Shown here one piece after another: positions 48,009 to 58,333 of a DNA stretch of 64,000 nt. Numbering within the stretch: position 1 is the stretch's first letter; every line of letters begins with the position of its first letter. The notes under the pieces are model-generated. The model was not told the origin of the DNA, searched no databases, and worked only from the letters and a program-made list of their open reading frames with translations. The position numbers and the translations under genes are program-made. Origin of the DNA: Dehalococcoidia bacterium (GTDB lineage Bacteria; Chloroflexota; Dehalococcoidia; GIF9; UBA5629); contig JBEKIW010000003.1 of NCBI GenBank assembly GCA_050011565.1, forward strand, positions 224,001-288,000, written 5' to 3'.

Positions 48009-48899
48009 GTGAAGCTAAAAATATGGTTTCTTGAGACCAGGCCACAGTTTTTATTACTTTCTGTAGTGCTGGCTTTTCTGGGCACCTCTATTGCCTGGCA
48101 TGATGGTGCCTTTCATCTTGGCTATGCAATCCTGGCTTTCATTGGCCTCCTGTTGTGCCATATCAGCGTCAATGTCCTCAACGACTACTACGATTACAAA
48201 AGCGGCATCGACCTCAAGACCAGAAGGACGCCGTTCAGCGGCGGCAGTGGTTTTCTACCCGCTGCCTCTCTAAATCCCAAGCACGTCTTGTGGTTCGGCC
48301 TGGCTTGCTTCCTGCTGGCGGTGCCGATAGGTATTTACTTCGTGCTGGTTAGCGGCTGGCTATTGCTGCCTTTGCTCGTTATCGCGGCTATATGCATTCT
48401 CTTCTATACGCCGCTATTAACCAAACGGGGCTGGCCTGAGTGGTCGCCGGGCATCGGCCTAGGTGCATTGCCCATTCTCGGAGCTTACTTCGTCCAGACA
48501 GGCGAATACACACTTCCTGCCGTTGTAGCTGCCATACCGTCCGGGATATTAGTGCACAACCTGCTACTGTTGAACGAATTCCCCGATGCCGAAGCCGATA
48601 AAACGGCGGGCAGAAAAACACTGCCCATAACTATGGGCGGGAGAGGTGCCGGTATAGTCTATTCGGTGCTAACCATAATACTCTACCTGTGGATCATCGC
48701 CTGGGTAGCAGCCGGGCTGATGCCGGTTTTCTGCCTGATAGCACTGGCAACGCTCCCCTTCGCCGTCAGAGCAATTCGAGGTGCGCTTAGATACCACGAC
48801 GAAAGCAAGCTGATGCCAGCCATGGCTAGTAATGTACTGGTTGTCCTGTTGACCCAGTTGCTTCTAGGCATCGGTTATATTCTGGCAGGAGTTTTCTAA
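48009..48899 (+). CDS. UbiA/MenA-family prenyltransferase
   Basis: RP.FL, NDYYD..GID, NEFPD...D..GRKTL. Confidence 0.9.
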   Translation: MKLKIWFLETRPQFLLLSVVLAFLGTSIAWHDGAFHLGYAILAFIGLLLCHISVNVLNDYYDYKSGIDLKTRRTPFSGGSGFLPAASLNPKHVLWFGLACFLLAVPIGIYFVLVSGWLLLPLLVIAAICILFYTPLLTKRGWPEWSPGIGLGALPILGAYFVQTGEYTLPAVVAAIPSGILVHNLLLLNEFPDAEADKTAGRKTLPITMGGRGAGIVYSVLTIILYLWIIAWVAAGLMPVFCLIALATLPFAVRAIRGALRYHDESKLMPAMASNVLVVLLTQLLLGIGYILAGVF

Positions 48900-48911
48900 G
48901 ATAAAATAATT

Positions 48912-48999
48912 TGTCATCGCGAGGGGCATCAGCCCCGTGGCGATCTCGGTATGTGGCTGACAAAAGCAATGAGATTGCTTCGCTTCGCTCGCAATGACA
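48912..48999. repeat. Inverted pair of TGTCATTGCGAG-family REP-like elements
   Basis: tgtcatcgcgag...ggcgatctc ... gagattgcttcgcttcgctcgcaatgaca. Confidence 0.75.
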
Positions 49000-49012
49000 A
49001 ACGAGGTATACT

Positions 49013-50716
49013 ATGTCCACCGACCTTATTCTACTGCATGCACCCAGTGTCTACGATTTCCGCAAAAAGACCATACTTTACGGACCGGTCAGCGACTTAA
49101 TCCCGCCTTCTTACGTCTTCGAAATGTACCCCATCGGGCTTACCAGCATCGCCGAATATCTGGAACGCTTCGGTTATCGAGTGCGCATCGTAAATCTTGC
49201 CGTGCGTATGCTCCGGGACAGAAAATTCGATGCCGAAGCCTTTATAAGGCAGCTTAAAGCTCCGGTCTTCGGCATCGACCTCCACTGGATGTTGCATTGC
49301 CATGGCGCCATCGAGGTGGCCAGGATAGTCAAGAAATGGCACCCTGAATCAAAGCTCATATTCGGCGGCTTTTCCTCCACCTACTTCTATAAGGAGCTGC
49401 TTGAATATCCCGAGATAGATTATGTGCTCAGGGGCGATTCCACGGAGGAGCCATTCAGGCAGCTAATGGACTGCATAAAAAACCATAAAGAGCCTGAAAA
49501 AGTCCCTAATCTTGTCTGGAAAGATGGCCGTGGCAAGATACACGAAAATCCCTTCTCCCACGTTCCCACCGACATCGACGATGTAATGGTCAATCATTTC
49601 GGCAATGTGATACGCTCGGTCATCAGGTTCCGAGACTTTGTCAGCTACACACCGGTCAAGGACTGGGCTCGCTATCCCATAACGGCGGTCCTTACCTGCC
49701 GCGGTTGCACGGAGAACTGCGTTATTTGCGGCGGCTCTGCCGCAGCCTTCAGGAAATGCTATAACCGGGCCAGACCGGTTTTCCGTTCTCCGGAAACCGT
49801 AATTCGTGACATCAAACAAATCTCGCGCTTCAGTAACGGACCCATCTTCATACTCGGTGACTTGAATCAAGCGGGTGAAGCATACGCCAACAAGGTTTTG
49901 AACCTGCTTCGCCGGAACCCGGTAAAGAACCAGTTTATACTCGAATTATTCTATCCGGCCTCAAAGGAGTTTCTGCGCCGGATGAGCCTGGCCTGCCCTG
50001 ACTTCTGCCTGGAGATTTCTCCCGAATCGCATGACCCCGCCATAAGAAAAATAATGGGCCGGCCATATTCCGATAAGGACCTGGAACAAACGCTGAGCGA
50101 CGCCCTGGAAGTGGGCTGCCGGCGCCTGGATGTATTCTTCATGATTGGCTTATCCCGGCAGACGCCGCAGTCGGTAATGGACACCATCGATTATTGCGAG
50201 CACTTATTTCAAAGATTTCGCGGAGACAAGCGCCTTTCGCTGTTTATCTCTCCGCTGGCGCCGTTTCTCGACCCCGGTAGCCTGGGTTTTGAGCATCCCG
50301 AGCGCTACGGTTACCACGTACTGTTTCGGAAGTTAGAAGACTATCGCCAGGCGCTGGTATCTCCGAGCTGGAAATATTCCATGAACTATGAGACTGACTG
50401 GATGACCCGCCAGCAGATTGTGGATACCTCTTATGAAGCCATACTGCGCCTGAACCAGCTCAGGGTGAAGTACAACATCATACCCGGGAAATTGGCCGGA
50501 ATAAGCGAGCAGCGCCTGAGGGCTGCCTGGGAAATGGCACACCGCATTGATGACCTGCTGTTTAAAAACAGTATTGAGGAAATAGACTGCTTGAAACCTG
50601 AGGTGGACAGAATCAACATGTTCCCCGTGGCTGAGAAAATCCAGCTGGAGGTGCCTCCGCCATTCATCAAACTGAAGCCATTCCGGGCCCTCTGGTACTC
50701 ATTGACAGGGCAATAA
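49013..50716 (+). CDS. B12-binding domain radical SAM protein (TIGR04190-like)
   Basis: LLHAPSVYDFR, FEMYPIG, GIDLHW, RGCTENCVICGG. Confidence 0.88.
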   Translation: MSTDLILLHAPSVYDFRKKTILYGPVSDLIPPSYVFEMYPIGLTSIAEYLERFGYRVRIVNLAVRMLRDRKFDAEAFIRQLKAPVFGIDLHWMLHCHGAIEVARIVKKWHPESKLIFGGFSSTYFYKELLEYPEIDYVLRGDSTEEPFRQLMDCIKNHKEPEKVPNLVWKDGRGKIHENPFSHVPTDIDDVMVNHFGNVIRSVIRFRDFVSYTPVKDWARYPITAVLTCRGCTENCVICGGSAAAFRKCYNRARPVFRSPETVIRDIKQISRFSNGPIFILGDLNQAGEAYANKVLNLLRRNPVKNQFILELFYPASKEFLRRMSLACPDFCLEISPESHDPAIRKIMGRPYSDKDLEQTLSDALEVGCRRLDVFFMIGLSRQTPQSVMDTIDYCEHLFQRFRGDKRLSLFISPLAPFLDPGSLGFEHPERYGYHVLFRKLEDYRQALVSPSWKYSMNYETDWMTRQQIVDTSYEAILRLNQLRVKYNIIPGKLAGISEQRLRAAWEMAHRIDDLLFKNSIEEIDCLKPEVDRINMFPVAEKIQLEVPPPFIKLKPFRALWYSLTGQ

Positions 50717-50800
50717 GACTTGATATCTCGAAATGGCGGTGGTGCAATCCCTGATTACGACTCGAATATTTCATTAACTACCAACAGAGGTTAATCTATA

Positions 50801-51310
50801 TTGGTAAATAAGAACATCCTCATACGCAATGCGCGGTCTGATGAGTTGGACGAGGTATCACTGCTGCTCAAAGATGCCTACCAGCAGTATGAGAATATCA
50901 TCCGGCCTGAAGCTTGGAAACCATATCTGGAAGACATAATGGATGTGCGAAGCCGCCGGGGCAAGTCAGATTTGATTGTTGCTGAACTGAACCATCGGCT
51001 TACAGGCTCTGTCACCCTCTATCTGGATGGTTCGCACTCGTTTCCAGAAGCGTGGCCGGGAGGTTGGGCAGTAGTTCGTTTGCTGGCAGTTCACCCGAAA
51101 TACCGTGGCCAGGGTATTGGCCGCGCGCTTATGGAAGAATGTATTCATCGCTGCCGTCAAGCCAAGGTAGCAGCCATCGGCCTGCATACTACGGAAGCCA
51201 TGGATATCGCGCGACAGATGTATGAGCGGATGGGGTTTGTGCGAGTGCCGGAATCTGATTTTCACCCCGCTCCGGATGTTACAGTAATGGCTTACAGCCT
51301 CCGGCTTTGA
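50801..51310 (+). CDS. GNAT acetyltransferase
   Basis: LAVHPKYRGQGIGRAL, MYERMGF. Confidence 0.9.
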   Translation: MVNKNILIRNARSDELDEVSLLLKDAYQQYENIIRPEAWKPYLEDIMDVRSRRGKSDLIVAELNHRLTGSVTLYLDGSHSFPEAWPGGWAVVRLLAVHPKYRGQGIGRALMEECIHRCRQAKVAAIGLHTTEAMDIARQMYERMGFVRVPESDFHPAPDVTVMAYSLRL

Positions 51311-51357
51311 ACAATGTGCCCACAGTCCAGATTAGTTGAAGCGGCTTCTGTGACGTA

Positions 51358-51386
51358 TTGACAAAATCCAGACCGCAGGGTAGACT
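51358..51386 (+). promoter_or_regulatory. sigma70 promoter upstream of the ABC substrate-binding protein
   Basis: TTGACA-17-TAGACT. Confidence 0.55.
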
Positions 51387-51652
51387 GATTCCGAAAAAAC
51401 AAATACAACCAACACCTTAAATAACGTTAACTGGCTAGAAGTAGTGCAGGGATGAAAAAAGGCACGGCAATCGCTAGATAATGTAGTGATGGCTGGTGCC
51501 TTTTTAGTTAAGAAGGGGGGTGAACCGGGCAGAAACTGATATTGAGGTACACAGTTTATGGGGCAACTGTAGGGAGCGAGGAAGTATCGCTGTGGTACAA
51601 ACAGCGAAAACTCATAAACAAGGCAGTAAAAATATAAAAGGGAGGTGATTAA

Positions 51653-53032
51653 TTGGTCAGAAAGGTTTGCTTTACTCTACTAGCCGTACTACTTATGGCT
51701 GCGATGGTGATGATTGGCTGCGGGCCAAAAGCACCGGTATCGACAGAACCGATAGTAATCGGCTATGTCGGACAGGTGTCGTCTCCCGGCGTAAAGCCCG
51801 CCATGGATGCCATGCAGATGGCGTGCGACGAGATAAACGCCGCCGGCGGAGTCGGTGGTACTCAGCTTAAATTTGTAGTTGAAGACAGTAAAGGGGATAC
51901 CTCATTGGCGGTAGCTGCAGCTACCAGAATGGTGCTTGATGACAAAGCACTCATCTACTTTGTGGAAGGCAGGACCGAGATATGCCTGGCCGTTACGCCA
52001 AAATCGGTAGAGCTTTATAAAGAGCGACCACACATACTTATTTATCAGGGCCCCATGGGTAGAGAGCTGACGACACCGGTAATGGACGATTATAATACAT
52101 ACAAGTTCTGCTTCCGAGATTACGACCCTGAAGACGGCCATTATTCCTCTATACCGGCTACTTTCGCCTTTTTCAAAGAGGTAGTAGGGGCAACTAAGAT
52201 TGCCTGGCTCTGGGAAGACCTCGCCTGGACAAAATTATGGCGAAATGGCATTCCCGAGAAGAATCTGCCGAAGTGGACGGATTATGCCAAGCAGACATAC
52301 GGCCTGGAGACAGTCTATGACAAACCGGTAAGGGCTAAAATGGGGATGTACTTGCCGATACTGGAAGGGATAGCCGCAAGCGGAGCAGAGGTGATATTCT
52401 TCTGTTCCAGCTGGTTCACCGACACCGATGTTTTCGCCAAGCAGTGGGCTGAGTCTTCAGCTAAGGACATACAAGTATGCTTTTATGGCGGAACATCACA
52501 GACCTACGATTTCTGGGACCTGACCGGCGGTAAGTGCCTGGGGGCACTTAGCCCGTTTTATGAGAAGGAGATTCCCGCCACCCCAGACACTATTGCATGG
52601 TTGCAGAAGTGCCATTCAAAGGGAATCCCGGTGCAGAATAATGTAATCGTGGGCTACGCCGACATTTATCTTATCAAGAAGTTAATAGAGAAAGTCGGCA
52701 GTACCGATGTTGAAGCCTTAATACCGGCGCTGGAAGGGCTGTACGTAGAGAATGTGGGACCGGTAACACTGCAGGGAATATGTGGGGATAAAGTTTCACC
52801 ATTTTTCCACTCACGCTTTGATTGCGACCCCAATAATCCTTTGGTGCCGAACCCAATCTTTTTGCCTGACAAGTATATAAACCCCTTAGGCCAGTTCCAG
52901 GGGAAGGATAATGTAGTCCTGATGGGCACTGGATTTAAGAGTGAGGAGAATCCGCCGCGGTATAAGGGAGAATTTGCCGAGCCCGAGAAGTACAAGACTC
53001 CTGCCCAGTTGCGACAAGAAGCTGGTCAGTAG
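51653..53032 (+). CDS. Branched-chain-amino-acid-type ABC substrate-binding lipoprotein
   Basis: MIGC lipobox, PIVIG, EINAAGGV, VEDS; GGAGGTG RBS. Confidence 0.9.
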   Translation: MVRKVCFTLLAVLLMAAMVMIGCGPKAPVSTEPIVIGYVGQVSSPGVKPAMDAMQMACDEINAAGGVGGTQLKFVVEDSKGDTSLAVAAATRMVLDDKALIYFVEGRTEICLAVTPKSVELYKERPHILIYQGPMGRELTTPVMDDYNTYKFCFRDYDPEDGHYSSIPATFAFFKEVVGATKIAWLWEDLAWTKLWRNGIPEKNLPKWTDYAKQTYGLETVYDKPVRAKMGMYLPILEGIAASGAEVIFFCSSWFTDTDVFAKQWAESSAKDIQVCFYGGTSQTYDFWDLTGGKCLGALSPFYEKEIPATPDTIAWLQKCHSKGIPVQNNVIVGYADIYLIKKLIEKVGSTDVEALIPALEGLYVENVGPVTLQGICGDKVSPFFHSRFDCDPNNPLVPNPIFLPDKYINPLGQFQGKDNVVLMGTGFKSEENPPRYKGEFAEPEKYKTPAQLRQEAGQ

Positions 53033-53108
53033 ACTTCACTCAAGACTGATCTTAATTTACGGATTTCGGACCGGTTTGAAAATCGGTAACTAAAGCGACG
53101 TTGGAGCT

Positions 53109-53144
53109 AAAAAAGAAAGAGCCTCAGTTGAGGCTCTTTCTTTT
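53109..53144. terminator. Bidirectional intrinsic terminator
   Basis: aaaagaaagagcctca-gt-tgaggctctttctttt between convergent genes. Confidence 0.85.
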
Positions 53145-53163
53145 GCTTTATTTCCAGCGAAGC

Positions 53164-54492
53164 TTAATCTGAAAGATATTTTTTACGGATATAGTCGTTA
53201 TCCTGACCGATATCGCAGGATATCCACTTTACTCTCGGCGGTGACTCCGACATTTTTATAAAGTTGGCCGGGATAACGAACTTTCCCAGTTTCTTATCAT
53301 CGAACTCCTGAAACGTTTTGCGTATAGTCCAGTGCGGATTTATCATAGCCTCGGAAGGCTTCGGCACCTTCATAATGATAGGCACACCGCCACCTCTCCA
53401 CTTAGAGCGCGCTGACTTTATGCTGTATTCCAGTGCCTTCTTTATAAGCTCGTCTGAGGTATATTTAACTGTTTCCGCCTCTATCAAGCCATATAATTTC
53501 TCTATTTGCTCCAGTATATCCGTTATGCGGTCGAAGGTAAACCTCCAGTCGTCCTCAATTTTCCATAGTTTAAGAATTTTAAGTAGTGCTCTAAAGTCAT
53601 GGTCGCGGGGAGCCGCTATAGCCACAATACCATCTTTGCTCTTCCAGAACCCGTATGGATATAGAGTGAAGTCGTGGCGACCCAGTCTGGGCCGGGCTTT
53701 TTCCCAGGTGTAGCCAATAAACACCGGATATCCCACAAGTGACGCATAGGCATCCGCAGTTGCCACATCTATCATCTGGCCTTCATCGGTGGCTTCCTTA
53801 TACACCAGAGCCATAGCTCCACCCAAAGCGGCTTCTAAACCCGATATATACCACCCTATCCAGGCTCCGGCTCTAAAAGGCCAGTTATATGGTTCAGGAG
53901 AAATGTCAGGGTCCCCTATATTTGCCGCCAGACCTGAGGCAGCCTGAGATGTTATATCTGAGTCGGGTAAATTGCGGAACTCCTTGGCTTTATCGGTGTA
54001 CTGACCGTAAGGAGTAATTGCAATGTAGACCAGGCCTGGATTGGCCTGACTCAGCTGCCGGTAGCCTATCCCCCAAGAGTCCATCTGCCCTGCAGGGAAA
54101 GTCTCAATTAAGACATCGGCCTTTGCTGCCAGCTTTTCAAAGTCTCTGCGGCCCTTTGCCGTCCTGACGTCCAGCGTCAGATAACGCTTGTTTCTGGCCT
54201 CCATTATAAAAGGAATACCCACGCCGTTTACATTAGCGCCATAGGGTGTTATTTTTCTTGACGGGTCCCCCTCGGTAGGCTCAATTTTAATGACCTCGGC
54301 ACCGAATTCGGCGAATAAACTGGCGGCTATGATTCCCGAGAAATTAGCATAACTGGCGTCAAGGACTACAACGCCGTCTAAAACTTCAGGCTTTCCCTCC
54401 GGGCTTATCATGTTGGCTAAGAACTTTTCGCGTTCCCGCCTGGAAATGCCGTACCTTACTAAAACTTGCTCTTTCTCTTTCCCCTTACTCAT
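53164..54492 (-). CDS. Family III CoA-transferase (CaiB/BaiF)
   Basis: FGAEVIKIEP..GD, RNKR, ADVLIE, GQMIDVA. Confidence 0.92.
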   Translation of the reverse strand: MSKGKEKEQVLVRYGISRREREKFLANMISPEGKPEVLDGVVVLDASYANFSGIIAASLFAEFGAEVIKIEPTEGDPSRKITPYGANVNGVGIPFIMEARNKRYLTLDVRTAKGRRDFEKLAAKADVLIETFPAGQMDSWGIGYRQLSQANPGLVYIAITPYGQYTDKAKEFRNLPDSDITSQAASGLAANIGDPDISPEPYNWPFRAGAWIGWYISGLEAALGGAMALVYKEATDEGQMIDVATADAYASLVGYPVFIGYTWEKARPRLGRHDFTLYPYGFWKSKDGIVAIAAPRDHDFRALLKILKLWKIEDDWRFTFDRITDILEQIEKLYGLIEAETVKYTSDELIKKALEYSIKSARSKWRGGGVPIIMKVPKPSEAMINPHWTIRKTFQEFDDKKLGKFVIPANFIKMSESPPRVKWISCDIGQDNDYIRKKYLSD

Positions 54493-55847
54493 GGGCTTTG
54501 TTTCCCCCCATCACCCTGATAATTAAACACGGGGTCTTTCTCAATATCGTAGTATACCGGCGGTTTGATGCCCGGCCTGTCATCCCAGTACCCTATGACC
54601 CTCTCCTTCTCCAGCTTTTTTATTTCTTCTTCCGATAATCTAAAAAATGTCTTCAGCACGTAGCGATTGTGATAGCCAAGCGGCCTGGAAAGCCATTTTA
54701 CTCTACCGGGAGTTTTGCTTAACATGGCTGATGGCCCAGGCAACACAAACTCTCGATACATATCGTCCTTGAAAACTATGACACTTCCCCTCTCCCTCCG
54801 CCATTCATCATTAGCTATTTGGAAATCGTCCATTACCTCCGCGACAGGGAAGCCGTGCTCTTTAGCCAAATTAACTATTTCAGCGCTTTCCTTTTTGCTA
54901 ACCCACTCCTGCGCAATATCATATAGTCTACTGGCATTTTCCGGCTTTAACCTCTCAAACCCGTCTTTATATTCTGTCGCCAGCTTTTTCTGTCCCATGG
55001 CTGAAGACAGCGCTTTAAATTGTTCCTCTGTGGCAACTGCCAGAGCCACAAACTTACCATCACGAGATTTGAATATGCCCGATGGCGCCATTGTTGGGTC
55101 GGTATTGCCCACACGCTCCAGCTCTTCGTTGGTTATGCTGAAATAGGTAAAATTGGGCAATATCCGCATTAAAGCTTCCGATTGTGCCAGGTCTATATAC
55201 TGCCCCCTGCCGGTCTTCTTCCGATGGTAGAGAGCCATGACCAGCGCCAGCGCACCTACATTTCCCGGAAAGTAATCCCCGAGATAATCGGGCAGCTTGT
55301 AGTATTTATCTGTTCCGGGATAACCCGTCAGACTTATGGCGCCGCTGGCAGCCTGGGCCAGCAAATCCCAGCCGGGGAAAAACCTCAGTGGACCGTACTG
55401 CCCGTAGGTGGCACAACTCAAATAGATTATTTTAGGGTTGATTTCGCTGAGCTGGCTGTATCCAACTCCCCAGGCTTCCGCGGTGCCGGCGGCAAAGTTT
55501 TCAACCACCACATCGGCTTGTTCGACTAACTTGTAAATCAGCTCTTTCCCTTTAGGCAACTTCAAGTTAACCGATAGAAAGTTTTTATTGTAGTGTACAA
55601 AATGGAAGCAGACGCTTGAGTGCTTCCAGAACTTACCCCAGTAGACTCCAAATCTCCACAAGTCACCGACAAAAGGCATTTCAATCTTAAATACTTCTGC
55701 ACCGTACTGTGCCAGTAGCCTGGCGGCAATAGGTCCAAATATTACATGCGAGAAATCCAGGACTTTAATCCCGTTAAATACCTCGGGCTTTTCTTTTATC
55801 TTAGACGGGTCGAACAGCTTCTTGGTATAGTCGAAGTAGTCTTCCAT
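54489..55847 (-). CDS. Family III CoA-transferase (CaiB/BaiF)
   Basis: YGAEVFKIE, ADVVVENF, PGWDLLAQA (catalytic Asp), GRGQYIDL. Confidence 0.92.
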   Translation of the reverse strand: MEDYFDYTKKLFDPSKIKEKPEVFNGIKVLDFSHVIFGPIAARLLAQYGAEVFKIEMPFVGDLWRFGVYWGKFWKHSSVCFHFVHYNKNFLSVNLKLPKGKELIYKLVEQADVVVENFAAGTAEAWGVGYSQLSEINPKIIYLSCATYGQYGPLRFFPGWDLLAQAASGAISLTGYPGTDKYYKLPDYLGDYFPGNVGALALVMALYHRKKTGRGQYIDLAQSEALMRILPNFTYFSITNEELERVGNTDPTMAPSGIFKSRDGKFVALAVATEEQFKALSSAMGQKKLATEYKDGFERLKPENASRLYDIAQEWVSKKESAEIVNLAKEHGFPVAEVMDDFQIANDEWRRERGSVIVFKDDMYREFVLPGPSAMLSKTPGRVKWLSRPLGYHNRYVLKTFFRLSEEEIKKLEKERVIGYWDDRPGIKPPVYYDIEKDPVFNYQGDGGKQSP

Positions 55848-55849
55848 TC

Positions 55850-56554
55850 TTATCTTCCTAAATAGGCTTCCTTAATCAGTTCACTATCCAGCAGTCTATC
55901 ACTTGAATCCTCCAGTACCATTCTTCCATTCTCCAGTATGTATCCCCTATCTGAAATCGTTAGTGCTTGACGGGCATTTTGTTCGGAAAGTAAGGTGGTG
56001 ATTTTCTCATCACCAAGCTTCCCCAGGATATTGTAGACTTCAGAAAGCAGCTTCGGAGCTAGGCCGAGAGAGGGCTCGTCTACCATTATCAATTTCGGCC
56101 GAGACATTAAGCCCCTGCCGATAACCAGCATTTGCTGTTCCCCGCCGCTTAAAGTCCGTGCCGGCATATTACTTCTCTCTTTCAGTAGAGGAAACAGGCC
56201 GTATACCCACTCTAACGAATCATTTCTCTTATGCCAGGCTTCGTTAGAATAGGCTCCCAGGAAAAGATTATCCCGCACGTTTATATAAGGAAAAATCTTT
56301 CTCCCTTCGGGCACCTGGGCAACTCCTCGCCTCACTATCTCGTGGGGAGACATACTATCGATATGTTCGCCCTGGAACACAATTTCTCCCGAGACAGGTT
56401 TCAGCATCCCCATAATTGTGTTCACTAGTGTCGTTTTACCGGCACCGTTTGAACCCAAGAGCGCTACGATTTCACCCTGTCGAACATTGAAACTCACATC
56501 CCGCAGTATGGGGGTAACGCCATAAGACACATTGAGATTCTTTACCTCAAGCAT
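55850..56554 (-). CDS. livF: ABC ATP-binding subunit LivF-like
   Basis: GSNGAGKTT, VPEGR, LSGGEQQML, DEPSLGLAP. Confidence 0.9.
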   Translation of the reverse strand: MLEVKNLNVSYGVTPILRDVSFNVRQGEIVALLGSNGAGKTTLVNTIMGMLKPVSGEIVFQGEHIDSMSPHEIVRRGVAQVPEGRKIFPYINVRDNLFLGAYSNEAWHKRNDSLEWVYGLFPLLKERSNMPARTLSGGEQQMLVIGRGLMSRPKLIMVDEPSLGLAPKLLSEVYNILGKLGDEKITTLLSEQNARQALTISDRGYILENGRMVLEDSSDRLLDSELIKEAYLGR

Positions 56555-56555
56555 T

Positions 56556-57287
56556 TTAGCTTTTACCTAAATACGATTCGATTACCATTGGATTATTTGC
56601 CACTTCCTGAGGACGACCTTCGGCAATCTTTTCGCCGTAGTGCAAGACTATTACCCGTTCGGCAGCCTTCATCAAGACCGCCATAACGTGTTCTATCCAA
56701 AGCACAGTCACGCCGAACTGGTCTTTGGCGCGTTCAATTAACCTTACGGCCTTCTCCGCCTCTACTGGATTCAACCCGGCCATAACTTCGTCAACAAAAA
56801 TTAGCTTTGGCTCCGTTGCCAGCGCCCTGGCTAACTCCAGGCCTCTCATCTCGAACAAGGTAAGGTCGCGTGCCAGGACATTTCTCTTACTAAATAAACC
56901 GACAAATTCCAGATAATGGGTGGCTTCAGTCATGGCGTCCTCAAAGCTCCTATTTGGCCTGTCCTTGCCATAAAGTGCACTAACGACAACACTGGCCAAC
57001 GTTGTGAGTTCAGGAAATGGCCTTGGTATCTGGTAGGTTCTACATATACCCAGCTTACATCGCTTCCACGGCGGTAACCTGGTAATATCCTTACCCATAA
57101 ATTCTACCTTGCCGGAATCAACACTAAGGCTGCCGCATATCATATTGACCAGGGTCGTCTTACCCGCTCCGTTCGGCCCCATTAGCCCCACAGTTTCCCC
57201 CTCGTTAATAGACAGACTTACTCCATTAACTGCAGTTAAGCCCCCAAAGTGCTTGCTGACATTTGTAACTTTCAGTATTTCGACCAC
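56556..57287 (-). CDS. livG: ABC ATP-binding subunit LivG-like
   Basis: FGGLTAV, GPNGAGKTT, DEVMAGLN, IEH. Confidence 0.9.
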   Translation of the reverse strand: MVEILKVTNVSKHFGGLTAVNGVSLSINEGETVGLMGPNGAGKTTLVNMICGSLSVDSGKVEFMGKDITRLPPWKRCKLGICRTYQIPRPFPELTTLASVVVSALYGKDRPNRSFEDAMTEATHYLEFVGLFSKRNVLARDLTLFEMRGLELARALATEPKLIFVDEVMAGLNPVEAEKAVRLIERAKDQFGVTVLWIEHVMAVLMKAAERVIVLHYGEKIAEGRPQEVANNPMVIESYLGKS

Positions 57288-57290
57288 GAA

Positions 57291-58328
57291 CTATCTCCTA
57301 ACATGCAAGGTTGGCAGGTATTCTCTATAGTGACGCTTCCGGTACAGCCCGAATAGACCTTCAGGGAGAACTAGAAGCAGTATAAGCAGTATGACAGGGA
57401 ACAGAACCGGCGACATGTCCCCCGTGGTGCGTATTAGTATCATCTCCAGAAATGCGATGAAGTATCCTCCGACAATGCATCCATATATCTGCATTCGGCC
57501 GCCTATCATTGTCACCATAAATACCTTCAGCATGAATGAGAGTGGCAGATAAGTTTGTCCGGAAAATGCTCCATAGTAGTGAGCATAGAACCAGCCTATT
57601 ACGGAAATCATCCCCGCCGCCACAGTAAAACTGATTACTTTAACCTTATTAACGTTTACGCCAATGCTATTGGCAACTTCCTCATCATCGTTAATAGCCG
57701 CCATCTGTACGGCATATCTCGACCTGAGAACTTTATCAACTATAAACAGATAGATTAGCATGATAGCCAGCGAAATAAAGGCATATATAAGCAGGTTCAA
57801 CCTAAAAGAGCCCACGGACACAAGAGGTGCTATACCGGAAAGGCCGGTATCACCCTTGAACAGGTCTGAAAAAATAAAGGTGACTTCCAGGAACAACAAG
57901 GGGAAAAGCAGTGTTAACAGGCTGTAGTACAACCCACCGGCTATTATGCTGAGAGGACTCATAATGAAACCAAATAACAGGCCGGCCAGAGGAGCCGCAA
58001 GCAGTGTCAAACCGGGGTTGAGACCGAAATGTATACTGAGCAAAGCAGCAGCGTAGCCTCCTATACCGATGTAAAACTGGGGCCCGAAATTCATTCGCCC
58101 CGTGCCGATAGTCATCAACGCCAAAGGAATGGCTATAGCGGCCAGCAGGTTAGCATCGATAACCGTAGACAGAAGTGGTGGATATACGAAATATACCACC
58201 ACCGGCACTACGATTAATATGCCGACGTATATTAAAGGATTCCGCCAATATCTGGGCTCAATTCCCCATTCCCACTTTCCACCTCCGACACGAAATACCA
58301 GTCGGTCTCTCTTAACTTCTAATTCCAT
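57291..58328 (-). CDS. livM: ABC permease LivM-like
   Basis: Multi-pass membrane; AINDDEEVA, IGG, PEGL. Confidence 0.85.
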   Translation of the reverse strand: MELEVKRDRLVFRVGGGKWEWGIEPRYWRNPLIYVGILIVVPVVVYFVYPPLLSTVIDANLLAAIAIPLALMTIGTGRMNFGPQFYIGIGGYAAALLSIHFGLNPGLTLLAAPLAGLLFGFIMSPLSIIAGGLYYSLLTLLFPLLFLEVTFIFSDLFKGDTGLSGIAPLVSVGSFRLNLLIYAFISLAIMLIYLFIVDKVLRSRYAVQMAAINDDEEVANSIGVNVNKVKVISFTVAAGMISVIGWFYAHYYGAFSGQTYLPLSFMLKVFMVTMIGGRMQIYGCIVGGYFIAFLEMILIRTTGDMSPVLFPVILLILLLVLPEGLFGLYRKRHYREYLPTLHVRR

Positions 58329-58333
58329 CTAAT

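Noticed and set aside
48826-49020. 64-aa ORF (VCHCERSEAIS...)
   Set aside because: It is a translation of the REP-like palindrome pair.
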